Origin: Paraspadella gotoi
Taxonomy: Eukaryota; Animalia; Chaetognatha
Assembly: GCA_051294375.1 (NCBI GenBank)
Contig: CM119268.1
Location: forward strand, 18,996,323 to 19,060,322
DNA length: 64,000 nt
Reading direction: 5' to 3'
In this document: in pieces, positions 27,441-40,940 of the stretch
How the letters are laid out: every line of letters begins with the position of its first letter
Position numbering within the stretch: the stretch's first letter is position 1
Made by a program: the position numbers and the translations under genes
Notes under the pieces: model-generated
Databases searched by the model: none
Seen by the model: only the letters and a program-made list of their open reading frames with translations
Told to the model about the DNA's origin: nothing

Positions 27441-28498
27441 CTCTTCTCTCTCTCTCGTGTCTTTGCGTCTCATCCAAAAGAGTTTCATGGAAATGTGTCG
27501 TTGTGTTTTTGTCATAATATATTGTCTATGGATGTTAAATACCAACGCTGATTTTTTTATCTCTGTCGTTTTTTATTCTGTCGGTTTTCTGTCAGTTTTA
27601 TGGCATTTATCTTCGTTTATTAGTTTTAAATGTTAGAATAGTCGTAGTTCTATCTTATTTCCATTTTTATTTGATTAATCTCGTTGTCCGGTATATGCCA
27701 TTAACTTATGTGATATATCAATTCAATAAATTTATTATTGGTCATTTCATTATGTCATAGACTTCATTACACTTTCAAGGATTTTTTAAGCCTCTGAGTT
27801 ACTTCCTTTCATTTCTAATAATCTGTAAAACTTCTCATTCACGCATATTTCAAAGTAGCAAAATTTATATTGCTTTTTTGAAACTTAATCCTTACTACCA
27901 AAAATGACCCAGTACCAAGGTTATACGGCCTCTTTCGTGCGTCGGCCACAAGCATCCGAAGAACCACTCAAGCTCTCGGAGAATCGCGTGCGTAACAGAG
28001 ATGTTTTGTTTCGAAGGAAATCGTATGAATTGAGAAGAGAGAAATTCTCCGTACTTTGTTTGATGGGCTCTTGTCTTCGTCGTCGTCTCCTGGTAGTTTC
28101 GACAGATATTGGTCCTTGCTTTTCATTCTTGTGCGCGCAGGGAGCTGTTCTAATCTGCTTTCGTCTCGCTTTGACGTCTCTTTGTCGTTCGCTCGGTCGT
28201 CATGTCGTTCGTCATCGTCGTCTGCTCGTCTCCCTGTTCTATGTCTGCTCTCTAACTTTCGCTGTTCATATTTTGACAATTTTTTTGCGAGTCTTTTAAA
28301 ATATTATTACGACAATAACTACAAGAAGTATTTTAGCTTTTGGTTTTTTATTTAATTTCTTCCTATTAAGGTATAAAAAAATATGTTTTACGATGATCAG
28401 CGAGCTGTTGATTTAGTTAAAGAGAATTTAAACGAATTTATAAACAGTAGGAAGAATTCGTGGCTGAAGCGTTCAAAACATAACGTCTTTTCTCCTCG

Positions 28499-28565
<67 letters not shown>

Positions 28566-28574
28566 CTCTCCCTT

Positions 28575-28617
<43 letters not shown>

Positions 28618-28699
28618 TCTCTCTCTCTTCTCTTCTCTCTCTCTCTCTCGCTCTCTCTCTCTCTATAATCTAAGCTCCGGATTCTCGTTAACATAAGAC

Positions 28700-30239
28700 G
28701 GCAGTGATTTTGATTTGGGTATTGTCAACAATGAATTGAAACTTAAATAACTATTATTTCTTTTTTTTTTCCCACTGATAATATGAAACACTCTTTCTTT
28801 AAAAAACGTGGCCTATAGTTATATTCTCCGTTATAACATAGAACTCACTGGCTGTGGAATTTTATGCTTTCAAAATACGTTAAACATAGATTTCTTTTAC
28901 GACCAATCATTTCTCATTACTGTATGCTGCCATATTAAGATGGAAACTAAAACGTTTTTCATGGTAAGGAACTTTAAAGATTAAAATGCTCGTTCAGATC
29001 TATCGCGTTTTTAGACATACCTACTGCTAAGGCAAAACAAGGCACGGTATATTTTAAAACGTTTTCCTTTTTTTTATCCACTATTTTTTTCTCTATTTAA
29101 CCTCTCTCTGTCTCTTTCTTTCTCTCTTTCTCTCTGTCTTTCTCTCCCTTTCCATACTGTTCTGTCCTCATATTTCTCTGTTCATCCCTTCTTTTCTTCC
29201 TAATCCTATTTCCACTTCCTCTCAATCTCTGTTTTTCTCTCCCGTCTTCTGATCGTCTTCCTCCCTTTTTCTTATCTTTCTTTTCTCTCAATTGTTACTC
29301 GTTTTCCCCCCCTCTCCCACTCTTTCCACTCTTCCACCTCTTTGGTTCCCTCTCCCTTCAATTTTTATTCACCCCATTCTTTCTCTTCTCTCATCTTTTT
29401 CTCATTCTCACAATGTAAGAAAACAAAATCTAGCGGAGTGTATGATTTTAGCGAAGTTTGGCTTGCCAACCAGATTTAAAAATCGACAGATTTTTTGCGC
29501 GAAATTTTTCTCGCAAAAAGCCTGGTCGATGAAGAAAATTAATCTGCTGACGCTTCCCCTTTCAATAAAAGAAGCCGGTTTTTTATTAATTCGTTTCAAC
29601 TTTAGTATGTTTTCTCAGCTATAAAACTATAAAATAAGTCAAAAACCGAGTTTTAGTTCAAATTAAAACGCTCCTCACAAATCCTCACAAGATTTAAAAG
29701 TAGGCTTAAAAATTTTTTCACAGCTAAAGTATTAAATTATTTTGCCCTAAATTTTTAGGTTACCAAAAGCTACCAACAATGTGGGGAATATTGAGTTAGA
29801 ATTGTGGACATTTTGAAGTATTTTCGTTTAACAATTGTAATAAAATGTAAAAATGCTTAAGTTGTTTGGACTAGTCAATTAAAAAATTAATTCATAGGCA
29901 AACAATAGATGATTAACATCAAAATTTAACCAACTCAGAGGTAAAGAAGAAAGAAGAACCAAAAGCCAGAGTAAAAAAATTTTCTTCAATGATCTTGACA
30001 TTCAAATCTCAAGACAAAAGTCCAAAAGGACAAACCAATGGACATATTTTTTTTATAAAAAAGTAGCAAAAATGTCATTGATTTTTAATTAGAAAATGCA
30101 GCATAGGATTTCAATTAATTCCCTAGTCTAGCCAACTTTGTCTTAGAGTTAAAATTTAATCATTTTTGGTAAATTCTAACAAATATTTTCGAAAAAATGG
30201 TTTTTTTTTTGCTAAATTCCTAGATAGAAATCACGTGCC
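28700..30239. mobile_element. ~1.54-kb non-coding TIR (DNA) element
   Basis: Termini GGCAGTGATTT...AAATCAC(G)TGCC; flanks AGAC/AAAC versus the empty site CATA-AAAC-GGAGAAATC at ~23746-23762; no ORF recognised. Confidence 0.75.
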
Positions 30240-30649
30240 AAACGAGAAATCAGAATCGAAGGAACCGAAAAATCAAAAATGGGAATTTTATTTCGCGCAA
30301 TCGATGATGATGATGTGAGACGACTACGACGACGACGACGACGAGACGACGACGACTACACGACGACGACGTCGAGCTCGAAGCAGGAAACTCGCGGTGA
30401 GCCACAGATTTAAGAACGGCAAACGTTCAAAGTGGTCCCAATGCGGCGAAGTGGTCAATGTGGTCTACGGGGCAAAATAGTCAAAGTGGGCAGAAAAGAG
30501 CGGATATTTCCCAGTGGTTCAGATGATGATCGATTTAGGTTGTCAATGAAGGTTTACGATAAAAGAATTTACAATCCATCGTTAAAATCAATAATGAGCC
30601 AATCGAAAAAGCGACCGCCTTTTTCCTCGCCTTTTCCTCCTTTGGAGTT

Positions 30650-31310
30650 GAATCAGAGAGATTGATGAGAGGGAGGAAGAGAGGGAGGAGAGGATGAGGA
30701 GAGGAGGAGAAGGAGAAGGAGAGGTGGAGATAAGAGGTGGAGGAGAAGGAAGAGGAGAGGGAGGAAAGGAGAAGGAGAGATGGAGAGAGGGTGAAGAGAG
30801 AAGAGATGAGGGAAAGGAGAGAGGGAGGAATGGAGAAGGAGCGGAGGAGCGAGGCTTAGGAAAGGAGAGGAAGGATAGATAAAAGGAGAGGATGGAAAGG
30901 AGAAGGGAGAGGAGTAGGAGAAAGAGGAAAGGGAGGAGAGGTGGAGGAGAGGAGGAGAGGGAGGAAAGGGGAAGGAGAGGAGGAGAGGGAAAAAAGGAGA
31001 AGGAGGGGGAGGAGAGGAGGAGAAGGAAGGAAAGGAGAGAAGGGAGAGAGGAAGAGGGAGGGAAGAAGAAGGAGAGGAGGAGGACAGGAGGAGAGGGAGG
31101 AAAGGAGAAGGGAGAGTGTAGGAGAAAAGGAAAGGGAGGAGAGGTGAAGAGAGGAGGAAGAGGGAGGAAAGGAGAAGGAGAGGTGCGGGAGAGAGGAGGA
31201 GAGAGGAGAGGGAGGAAAGGAGAGGAGGAGGAGAAGGAAGGAAAGGAGGAGGAGAGAAGGAGGATGGAGGATAGGGAGAAAAATGAGAAGGAGAGGAGGA
31301 GGAGAGGCCG
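30650..31310 (+). repeat. ~660-bp polypurine (GGA/GA) low-complexity tract
   Basis: Almost only G/A on the plus strand; produces the spurious 295/201/152-aa ORFs. Confidence 0.9.
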
Positions 31311-31368
31311 CCACTTGGTTTTGTGGTGGAGATTCGAGAGGAAAACGCCGCGGCGGAATATGATGATT

Positions 31369-31457
<89 letters not shown>

Positions 31458-31544
31458 AAAATTGGAGGAAATCAAAACACCCGGAAATTCGGCGTAGAGA
31501 ACTGACGCCTGAGCAAGATTAAATTTGTGTCAAGTCCGATGGAG

Positions 31545-32190
31545 AAGATGACGAGATGACGATGACAAACGACATGGCGGAGGATGACAACGACGACATT
31601 GAGGATGACAACGACGACATTGCGGATGACAAACGACGACATTGAGAATGACAAACGATAACATTGGATACAAGACGAGAGCGAGGATGAGACAGACGAC
31701 GACATTGAGATGACAACGACGACTTTGAGGATGACACCGATAACATTGATTATGACAACGACGAGGACGAGGATGACAACGACGACATTGAAGATGACAA
31801 CGACGAGGATGAGGATGACAACGACGACCATTGAGGATGACAACGACGACATATGAGGTTGACAACGACGATATTGAGAATGACAACGACAACATTGAGG
31901 ATGACACGACGACATTGAGAATGACAACGACAACATGAGGATGACAACGACGAGGACGAGGATGACAACGACGACATTGAAATGACAACGACGACTTTCG
32001 GAGGATGACAACGACGACATTGGAGCGAGGATGACAACGACGACGATTAATGAGAATGACAACACGAACATTGAGGATGACAACGACGGACAGGAGAATG
32101 ACAGACAACATTGAGTGATGACAACGACGACTTTGAGGATGACAACGCAGGGGACATTAAAATGACACGACGACTTGAGACTGAGAGACA
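31545..32190. repeat. Degenerate 21-bp minisatellite (GACATTGAGGATGACAACGAC), roughly 28-30 units
   Basis: The unit recurs throughout with 1-nt indels; it lies just before a 25-N gap. Confidence 0.88.
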
Positions 32191-32920
32191 TTAGAATTGA
32201 AACGGCGATTTAAAATAAGACCGACTAGACACACGCGGAAAATGTTAAATTCTAATTTTGATGAGTTGGAAAATGAACNNNNNNNNNNNNNNNNNNNNNN
32301 NNNCCGATTTTAAAAGCTAACTTTCTCCACTCATTGTCAAGGCTTATTGCGAAGATCTTTCTTTGTCTGCACGCCCGAGGAGAGGAGCGTTCGTGACTTC
32401 ACACGGACGAAACTGATCAAAGGGAAAAGTCGCGAATAAAATAATGAGACTTTATTGAACACGAAAAAATTCCTTGAGAAACTCGTAAATACGGAGTTTC
32501 TTCCGGGCGAAACAGTTTTGTGAGATTTTAAGCGAAACTAACTACGATCGAAAATTTGAAACAAAAAATGAATTGGCCCTAGCGAGGCAAGATATCTTTA
32601 AATGATAAATATAAAATTTGAAGTGACTTTAATATTTTTTACTCAACTAATTTTTAAAATCAATGAAATAACCACTGGTTTGCAAATGACAGCGTTTTTT
32701 TTATCGGCGCTTGTGAAATTGTCACCATGTAAATCCCGAATTGTGAATCGTGCGTGAAAGAGGTTAAGTGAGAAGTTAGTCTGTTTGATTGAGTGATTGA
32801 GGCAGTGAAGGGCTATGAAGGGCTGTGATGGTGAAGTAAATGATATTTACATGACGTGATAGGAGCTGCGTGACCCAGTTGATTAACGATTGATTTTAAA
32901 ATTGATGATTTAATGATTTT

Positions 32921-33016
32921 TACTACTACCACTACTACTGCTACTACTATTACTACTACTACTACGACTACTACTACTACTACTACTACTGCTACTACTA
33001 CTACTACTACTACTAC
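32921..33016. repeat. (ACT)n microsatellite
   Basis: Read directly. Confidence 0.95.
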
Positions 33017-34257
33017 ATGTTATTCTGTTAAGTATAAGAACGTTAAAATTTTAAGCTTACAACTAAAAGATCTATTCTTATATTCAAACATATTTAACAT
33101 GAAATTAAGTATTACTTACTGTAATAATATCTTTTAAATTTTAATTACTACATAATATTTCAAAATCGTTCATTTTTGTAAAAAAAATTTTTCTCCACAC
33201 AATTGTTAAAATATTCATTGTTCAATTTTATTAAAACAATTATTCAAAAGTTATGATCTAATCTAGAAAATGTCGCTCGGAATGACAGCACAACGATTTG
33301 CCCTTTTGTTATATTTGCTTCATTTTATTGGTTCTTGTTTTTTATTCCTTTTTTTATTTATGGATTCAGCCAATCATAATCCGTCGAGTGTTTTTGTCCC
33401 GCGAATCTAATTTAAAATTTTATTTTTCTGGGTTGGATTCGAGTTTCGCTCGTCAGCCAATCATCATTCTCTCTTTCTCTTTCTCACTCTCTTTCTCTCT
33501 CTCTCTATCTCTCGCTTCTCGCGTGCGGTCCGCGTGCGTGCGCGTCGCGTCTGCCGTCGTGCTCGTGCGTGCGTCGTCTCTCTCTCTCTCTCTCTCTCTA
33601 ATGTCTTTCTTTTCTTTTTTTCTTTTTCTCTGTTTTTTCTTTCTTTCTTTCTTTTCAATTCGTTCATTGGTTCATTCGTTCATTCGTTCATTCGTTCATT
33701 CGTTCATTCGTTCATTCGTTCATTAATCATTCAACTACTGATTTCATCAGGTGGCATTTCCCTGCTTAAATTTAAGGCGAACGCCACTAAACCGTGGTTT
33801 GAGAATTTATTGACGCAATTTTTCTTTTTCTCTTTCTTTTTTTTTATTTCTCCCTGTTTTGTATCTTATTTTAAGCCTTTAATTACAAACACTGTTTTTT
33901 TTTGTCTTTGCCATGACAGACATACTTTGAGAGAGAGAAAAGACAGAATACTATACCGTTCAATGTAGAACTTGCATTACAAACTTACAATCATATAAAC
34001 TGACCGAGAGTAAATTTCAGAGTAAAAAAAAAGAAAAGAAGAAATCCTCCATTATCTCCTTTTCTCCTCCTCTAATTTTGGTCTCTCCTCGTCCCTGGTC
34101 GCTTGATTTCTAAAAATAACTCGCGACTTTGGTCTCGTTTGTCAGTCTTGTCTATCCGTCCGTCCGTCTATGAGACTGTCCGTCTCATTTAGTTCGATCT
34201 CGGTTCTCCGTTGTTTCCTTGTTCGGCCCTTGCATCATTCCGTAATCTCGTTAAATT

Positions 34258-34291
<34 letters not shown>

Positions 34292-35806
34292 GTGTGTGGA
34301 GTGTGAGTTGAGTTGAGTGTTGGATTATTGATTTATTTTATTGATCTATTATTGGATTTTTATTATTATGTATGTGATTAGTTATTATTTAGTATTTTAT
34401 GTGATTTTGATTATTAGTTATTATTACTTATTATTATTATTTCTAATTTATTATTCATTATAATTGATTATTTCTATATTATTATTATTATGTATTTTTA
34501 TTTATTATTCTCTATATTATTTATTATAATATTATTTATTATCTATGTATTATTATTATACTTGATTATGATTATTATTATTATTATTTAGTATATTGCT
34601 ATTAACGCACAATGTCGAAATTCAAAAAGAAAAGAGCTTGTTTAATAAATGAATAGATAAATGAATAAAATGGTAATATCAATATGTTAAAATTTAAGGC
34701 GACTCAAATATATTATTGAATTTTTCCGAAGAGTTGAATAATTAAAACTCTGATGAGGCTGCGGATAAATCCTTTAATCTCGGGAGAATAAAACAAATTG
34801 AGAAAGAATAAATTATTCCTTATTCAAAAAAACAAAAAAACAAACAAAAAACAACTTAACTTTAAAGCGACTATGTTTTCGGTGAGGGGAAGTCAATTAA
34901 AAATGTCCAACGAGTTACAATGAGTGTAGATTTTATAACACGTCGACTGGAATTACATCTAAGCCGAGAAGCGTTTCCTTTACGTCAATGGTACAACGCT
35001 TAAGCCTTTACATCGAAAGCAATAAAAAGAACGGCCTTCCCCAAATGTGTTTCGTTGCCCAAATCTCTCTCTCTCTCTTTCACTCTTTCTTTCTTTTTTC
35101 TTTCTTTCTTTCTTTCTTTCTTNNNNNNNNNNNNNNNNNNNNNNNNNNNNNNNNNNNNNNNNNNNNNNNNNNNNNNNNNNNNNNNNNNNNNNNNNNNNNN
35201 NNNNNNNNNNNNNNNNNNNNNNNNNNNNNNNNNNNNNNNNNNNNNNNNNNNNNNNNNNNNNNNNNNNNNNNNNNNNNNNNNNNNNNNNNNNNNNNNNNNN
35301 NNNNNNNNNNNNNNNNNNNNNNNNNNNNNNNNNNNNNNNNNNNNNNNNNNNNNNNNNNNNNNNNNNNNNNNNNNNNNNNNNNNNNNNNNNNNNNNNNNNN
35401 NNNNNNNTCCTGAAAAGATGATGATGGGAATGCGTTCATCGTATTTTTGGGGTCGAATCTACAAGAGAATCCGGTACCATTACATGGTCGACGTAGAATT
35501 TTTCGTCGTCGTCGTTGTCGTCATCGTCACTATCGTTGTTGTCATTTCCACGTGAAATTTACAAAATTACTTGTTTTAAAATATCTCTAAATAAATTAAT
35601 TTTCAATATGCAGATAATAAAGTTATAATTTTATTAAATTAATATTTTTTATACTTTGTATTATACTATTTTATACTAATTTTGATAGTAATCTTCGTCA
35701 TCATTCTCTTCTCTTCTTTCCTCTTTCTCTCTAATTCTTTTCATTCCTTTCCACATTCTTATCATTTTTTCCTCATTTCGCTCAGTCTTTTCCTTTTTCG
35801 CCCTCA

Positions 35807-35844
<38 letters not shown>

Positions 35845-36379
35845 GCACCAGAGCATTCGCCTCAGGCTTCTCTCTCTCTCCATCTGCTCTCATCTCAGTC
35901 TCTCTCTCTCCATCATCGTCTCTCTCATCGTCTCTCTCCATCTCTCTCTTCTCCTCTCTAACATCTACTCTCTCTCTCTCTCTCTCATCTCTCTCTCTAT
36001 CTTCGTGCCAATCGGTCTCGTCCCTTTTATAAAGTNNNNNNNNNNNNNNNNNNNNNNNNNCGCGTGCAGTCACAGACTCTCTCGTTAAAAAGGTCAAAAT
36101 TCGTCTTTTTTTCTTGTCAAAAGCGATGTTCCTCTTTCGTCTCTTTATCGTCGTCGTTGTCGTCGTCGTTGTCGTCGTCGTTAACGGTAGCGGTTTTCAG
36201 CTTTTCTATCCAACTACAAATATGAAAAAAAAATTAAATAGATACTAAATGAAAGCTATAGGTTGCCATAGCCGATGAAATTTAAATGCTAATGTATACA
36301 GCGTTAAAATAATCTATCATGACCATAGATTATGGTATTCAAATATTTTTTTTCAAAAATGCTTTCTACTGAGGGTACT

Positions 36380-37035
36380 AGCCTAATTAAAAATATTATA
36401 TTACTATATAAAGCAAAAATTTTTTTTAGAAATCTTAAAATTTTTTGATGGATTCTGATAAAGCATAAAAAGTTAAACAAGAAATATAATTACAGCTTTT
36501 AAAAATTCTTACGTTTTCTAAGTGAAAATATAAAAAAAAGATTTTGTATTTTGACTTTCTTTTTTGCTATTTAAAATAGTTTAGAGATGAAGAGTCGAAA
36601 CATGTACAATAATAAAAATAAAAATTACTATTACAACGAATTTTTCGTTTCATCTCTAAAATCATCGAAAGATGATGATGATGATGATGATTTTTTATGG
36701 TTTTTCTTATTTTTGACACACTTATCATAAAATATTTAAAAAAGAATTATACTTTGTGAAGACAACTTTTTATGGGCTTTCTGAATCTGGTGTTAAAATT
36801 TAAAAATTCTTTAAAAAATTTTTTGCCCTTTTCTATTTATAAATAAATATTTAAAAAATAATTACTAGGGTATAGAGCCATATTAGAATATTTTTGTCCA
36901 TTGAAAGTATTCTTAAAAATGTCTAAATATTCGTTTGAGCATGTACTCACTCTAAAATTTTGACTCACCCCATTGAGTAAGTGTGATGGACATAAAAACG
37001 GACATACAGACAAACAGATCGATTGAACGACAGTC
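36380..37035 (-). mobile_element. Diverged inverted copy of the body of the 47957-48913 element
   Basis: Reverse-complement anchors: GATGGGATTCTGATAAAGCATAAAAAGTT, (GAT)n, ATACTTTGTGAAGACAACTTTTT, AAAAATGTCTAAATATTCGTTTGAGCA match 48170-48595; GACA-type repeats at ~36988-37020. Confidence 0.7.
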
Positions 37036-37175
37036 GTAATTTCAAAGAAAAAAGAAAAGAAAAAAGATTGAAGTATGTTGACAATAATAAAATTACTTGG
37101 AACCGAGAGGGGAATCGATAAAAACATTGCACAATGAAAGAGAGAGGGATAGAGAGAGAGAAGGAGAGAGAGAGA

Positions 37176-37227
<52 letters not shown>

Positions 37228-37334
37228 AGAGAGAGAGATGAAGAAGGAAGTCAACGATGACATTAAACAGAAAATAGAAACAAAGAGAGTCATTAAATCC
37301 AATAGAACAAAAGAACAGAGAGTAGAGAGAGAGG

Positions 37335-37390
<56 letters not shown>

Positions 37391-38024
37391 AAAAAAAGCG
37401 CAGAAGGAACCCAGATTTCATGGTTGGAATTAAATTCGTCGCAATCAAATTCTGGGCGGAGAAGAAAGAAAGATAGAAACGAAAGATAGAAAAAAAAGAA
37501 AAGAAAGATAGAAAATAAGAAAAAGAAAAAGAAAAAAAATATAGGGGAAAGAAAAGGAAATGAGAAAAAAATGTGAATAAAAAATATTTAAAAATAGGAA
37601 AAATACTAAAGAAAAAAAATGAAATGAGTAAAAGATACAAAAGTAAAAAACGTTAATGTTTTATCTATTACGTGTAGCTTTACGTTAATCTTTTATCTAT
37701 TACGTGTAGCTTTACGTACTTTATACTCTAATTTAGCTGTTCTGAAATTCTTTACAGTTGCTTTAGTTTTGAATTGTTTTTACTGGTTGATGCTTTGCGA
37801 AATGAAAGAAACTTCAAGGTTTCCTAAAAGTTGTAAGGGATTCTTACTTCTTACTTCTTACTTCGCTTGAGGATTAGTTTCTCTTCGTAAAAGTCATTAA
37901 AGGGAAGAGAGAAGAAAAAAGAAAAAAAAACGAGAGTGAGGTTGTATATTTGCAATACACATTGTGCATATGTCATGTATGTATTAACTTCATACAAATT
38001 AGAAAGGGAGAAAGAGAAAGAGAG

Positions 38025-38068
<44 letters not shown>

Positions 38069-38381
38069 AGACAGAACGAGGGAATAAGAATGTTGAAAAA
38101 GAGCAAAAATTAAATAAAGTTAAATAAAACACATTCCAAAACTCTTTCAATTCTATCTCTTGTTTATCTCTATCTTTTTCACTCTCCCATTGCTCTTCCT
38201 CTCTCTGTCTCTTGTCTACTACACCCTCTGTGTCTCTTGTGGCTTCTGTCGATTCCACGATCCATTGAGGATTTTGTTTTTGATTCTAAAGAGAACTCAG
38301 CTTTGGTTCCATTCTGCACAAACAGAAGCAAATGTTGCGGTTAAAAAATTCCGGGGAAAAAAGGATGAAGAGACATTCAAC

Positions 38382-38484
<103 letters not shown>

Positions 38485-39422
38485 AAAAAAAAAACAAAGA
38501 AAAAATAGCAGACCCGGTCACCGATCCTCTTTAATTTGCAGCTGTTGACTTATTGTAAAATGTAATTTTTTTCAGTTATCTTGGCCCTATATCACTAACA
38601 TCCTCTCCAAAGGCAGGAGGTAAAATAACCTTTTATAATTGATACCAGAAAGTTCGACGGAAGTTTCTTTGAAACACACAATTTTATGAATTCACGGTAA
38701 AATATATCTTACATTCGTCCCCTCTATCATATGAAACTTAGTTAAGTATTTTTATTTACTGCTTAAGAAAATTGTTTAATTTTAAAAAGAGGAAACGACA
38801 CGGCGAGTTAGAACTAAAGTTGATTCTCCCGTTTCTCCTTTCAACTCTTTTACGCTTCGGTTTTATTCTGAGTCACGATTGTCCCCGGAGACTTATGGGA
38901 CGTGTTGGTTGTCGTCCTCGTTGTCGTCGTCCTCGTAGTCGTCGTCGTCTTTTTCCCTCCGCTGTCCTTGTCCTCCTCGAGTAAACAAACAATCAATAGG
39001 AAGCGAGACGTGGCCAAGCGCATGCTCGCTTTTGCTTGTCTGGCTGAGAAGTCGTCTTGAGTTAGAGTCAATCTGTTTTGACGTCGGTTTTTGTTTAGGA
39101 TTTTGATTGTACACTGTTATTAAATAAGGTTAAAATATTACTTTAATGAAGTTTTGTTTTGAAATTAATGTTATTAGTTCATAATCTTCAGCATTATCAT
39201 CAAAACGTTTTCGTTTCCTCTGGGAAATCATAATTCTTGTTTTCATTGGCGATGGAATTCTTGGTCAGTGGTCACTACTCAGTACTCACGAGAGCGTAGT
39301 GAAAGTCACGTCCTAAAATTCTAATTGTCAATTATGAACAACGTACCACCATTGAATATTAATTTATTAAAAACCCCTGAAATAAGACTCTGGCTGAAGA
39401 AGAACTCAAGAAATGACGGTAA

Positions 39423-40019
39423 GGCGTATATTGAGAAAATTTTAATTTTTAATTTTTTATTAATTTTATATTTTTTTTAATTTTTGCATTTGGAATTTTT
39501 GCATTAGTACTATCCTTAAAAAATCTTAAATTTTGAAAATGGACTTTTCTTAATTTTGATGGCAGATTTGAATTCCTCGTCAAAAGTAGATAAAAGAAAA
39601 TATAACTCATTTTAAAAAATTCTTTCATTAAGTAGGTTAAAATTAAAAAAAACAAGATAGCTTATTTATTAAATGAATGGATAATTTTTATATTGGTTGT
39701 ACCAATTTCATATGAAACTTTATTATTTTATTTCCTTTCTTTTCGTTGTGTATAAATAGTTAGAGAAAACAAAGTTAATAAAAATCGTTGTTATCAAACA
39801 AACAAACTTTGTTTTCTCTAACTATATAAAACTTTAATTTTCAGCTTAAAATATAGGTTTTTATAATTTTTTACCAACTTAATGTAAGAATTTTTAGAAA
39901 AGAGTTATATTTCTTTTTATCAACTTTTTATGACAAATCCAAATCTTCAAAAAAAATTGATAAAAAAAAAAATTTGAAATTTTAGGATTTATAGGGTTAG
40001 TATAATTATAAATATAGCC
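39423..40019. mobile_element. Foldback MITE with long diverged arms, Kolobok-like ends
   Basis: ~39500-39645 is the reverse complement of ~39865-40005; ends GTAA|GGCGTATATT ... AATATAGCC|TTAA; the superfamily is inferred only from TTAA plus GG termini. Confidence 0.6.
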
Positions 40020-40489
40020 TTAAGCGTACATTACAACAAATATAATAATTTTTATATTTTATTAATCTTCATTAGTACAACGTTGTTCATTCCTCACTTT
40101 TAGAATTGTAATTTAAGTTAAATTTAGACTTTTTCCTACGCTGTAGTGGTTACCTATCATTCATATATCATTCAACTATCATTCAATTATTCAATTATTC
40201 ATCTGTCATTCGCTTATTAACTGTTTCGTTAACTATTTCGTCAAGGTTAGGTTATGTTTAAGTATTTTTAAAAATAAACCCACAACCAACGATGCTGAAC
40301 CCCTGACGGTTTTCTTTCTTTTCAAGTTAATTTATCTTTTTTTTTTTTCAGAAGCCAAAATCTCTGTGCTGTACGGATTTTCTTTGGGATTTTTGAATCG
40401 AATAGAAATAACTAATCGGCCTCTCCTTAAAGCCTATTTCCCTATGCACTTCTCTTCAAAGAGCGAGAGAGAGAGAGAGAGAGAGAGCA

Positions 40490-40523
<34 letters not shown>

Positions 40524-40940
40524 TGATGAGAAGTGAGAGAGAGAGAAAGAGAGAGAGACAGCGAGCAGAGGGAGAGGGGTGGGGAACAAAAAAAGCTCGG
40601 CGCAGGAGGCGCGATTTAATTGCGGAAGGAGCCGCGTGTGATTTTATTTCGAAGCGGCCGCATGTGGGTGGAAGTCTTCGAGCCCTCGGTCTTCGCCTCT
40701 TCTTCTCTCTGCTCTCCTCTGTCCTCTCGTCTCTCTCTTCATCTTGCTCTCTCATCTCTCTTCTCTCTCTCTTACTCTTTTTGCTGATGACCGATTTGAC
40801 GGTGGTGACGACGATTTTACAAAAGAAAAACAATGTTTGTCGGTTTAAGTTGGAAAAAAAAAAGAAATGAAAAAAATGAGTCTGGGAAATAAATAAGAAT
40901 AAAAAACCTTGTAGTATAAATTAAAATTGACAACCCAATT

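Larger units (their letters stand above)
21621..30785. repeat. Tandem near-duplicate: copy A 21621-24272 (empty sites), copy B 24276-30785 (two insertions)
   Basis: Both copies start TCGAACTT(T)CGGATCTAAAAGATG and end in the same purine tract; B equals A plus 25179-27261 and 28700-30239 plus read-type indels. Confidence 0.92.

Noticed and set aside
34258-34595. Unusual AT-rich quasi-periodic stretch
   Set aside because: Best explained as an (ATT)n microsatellite degraded by read error.
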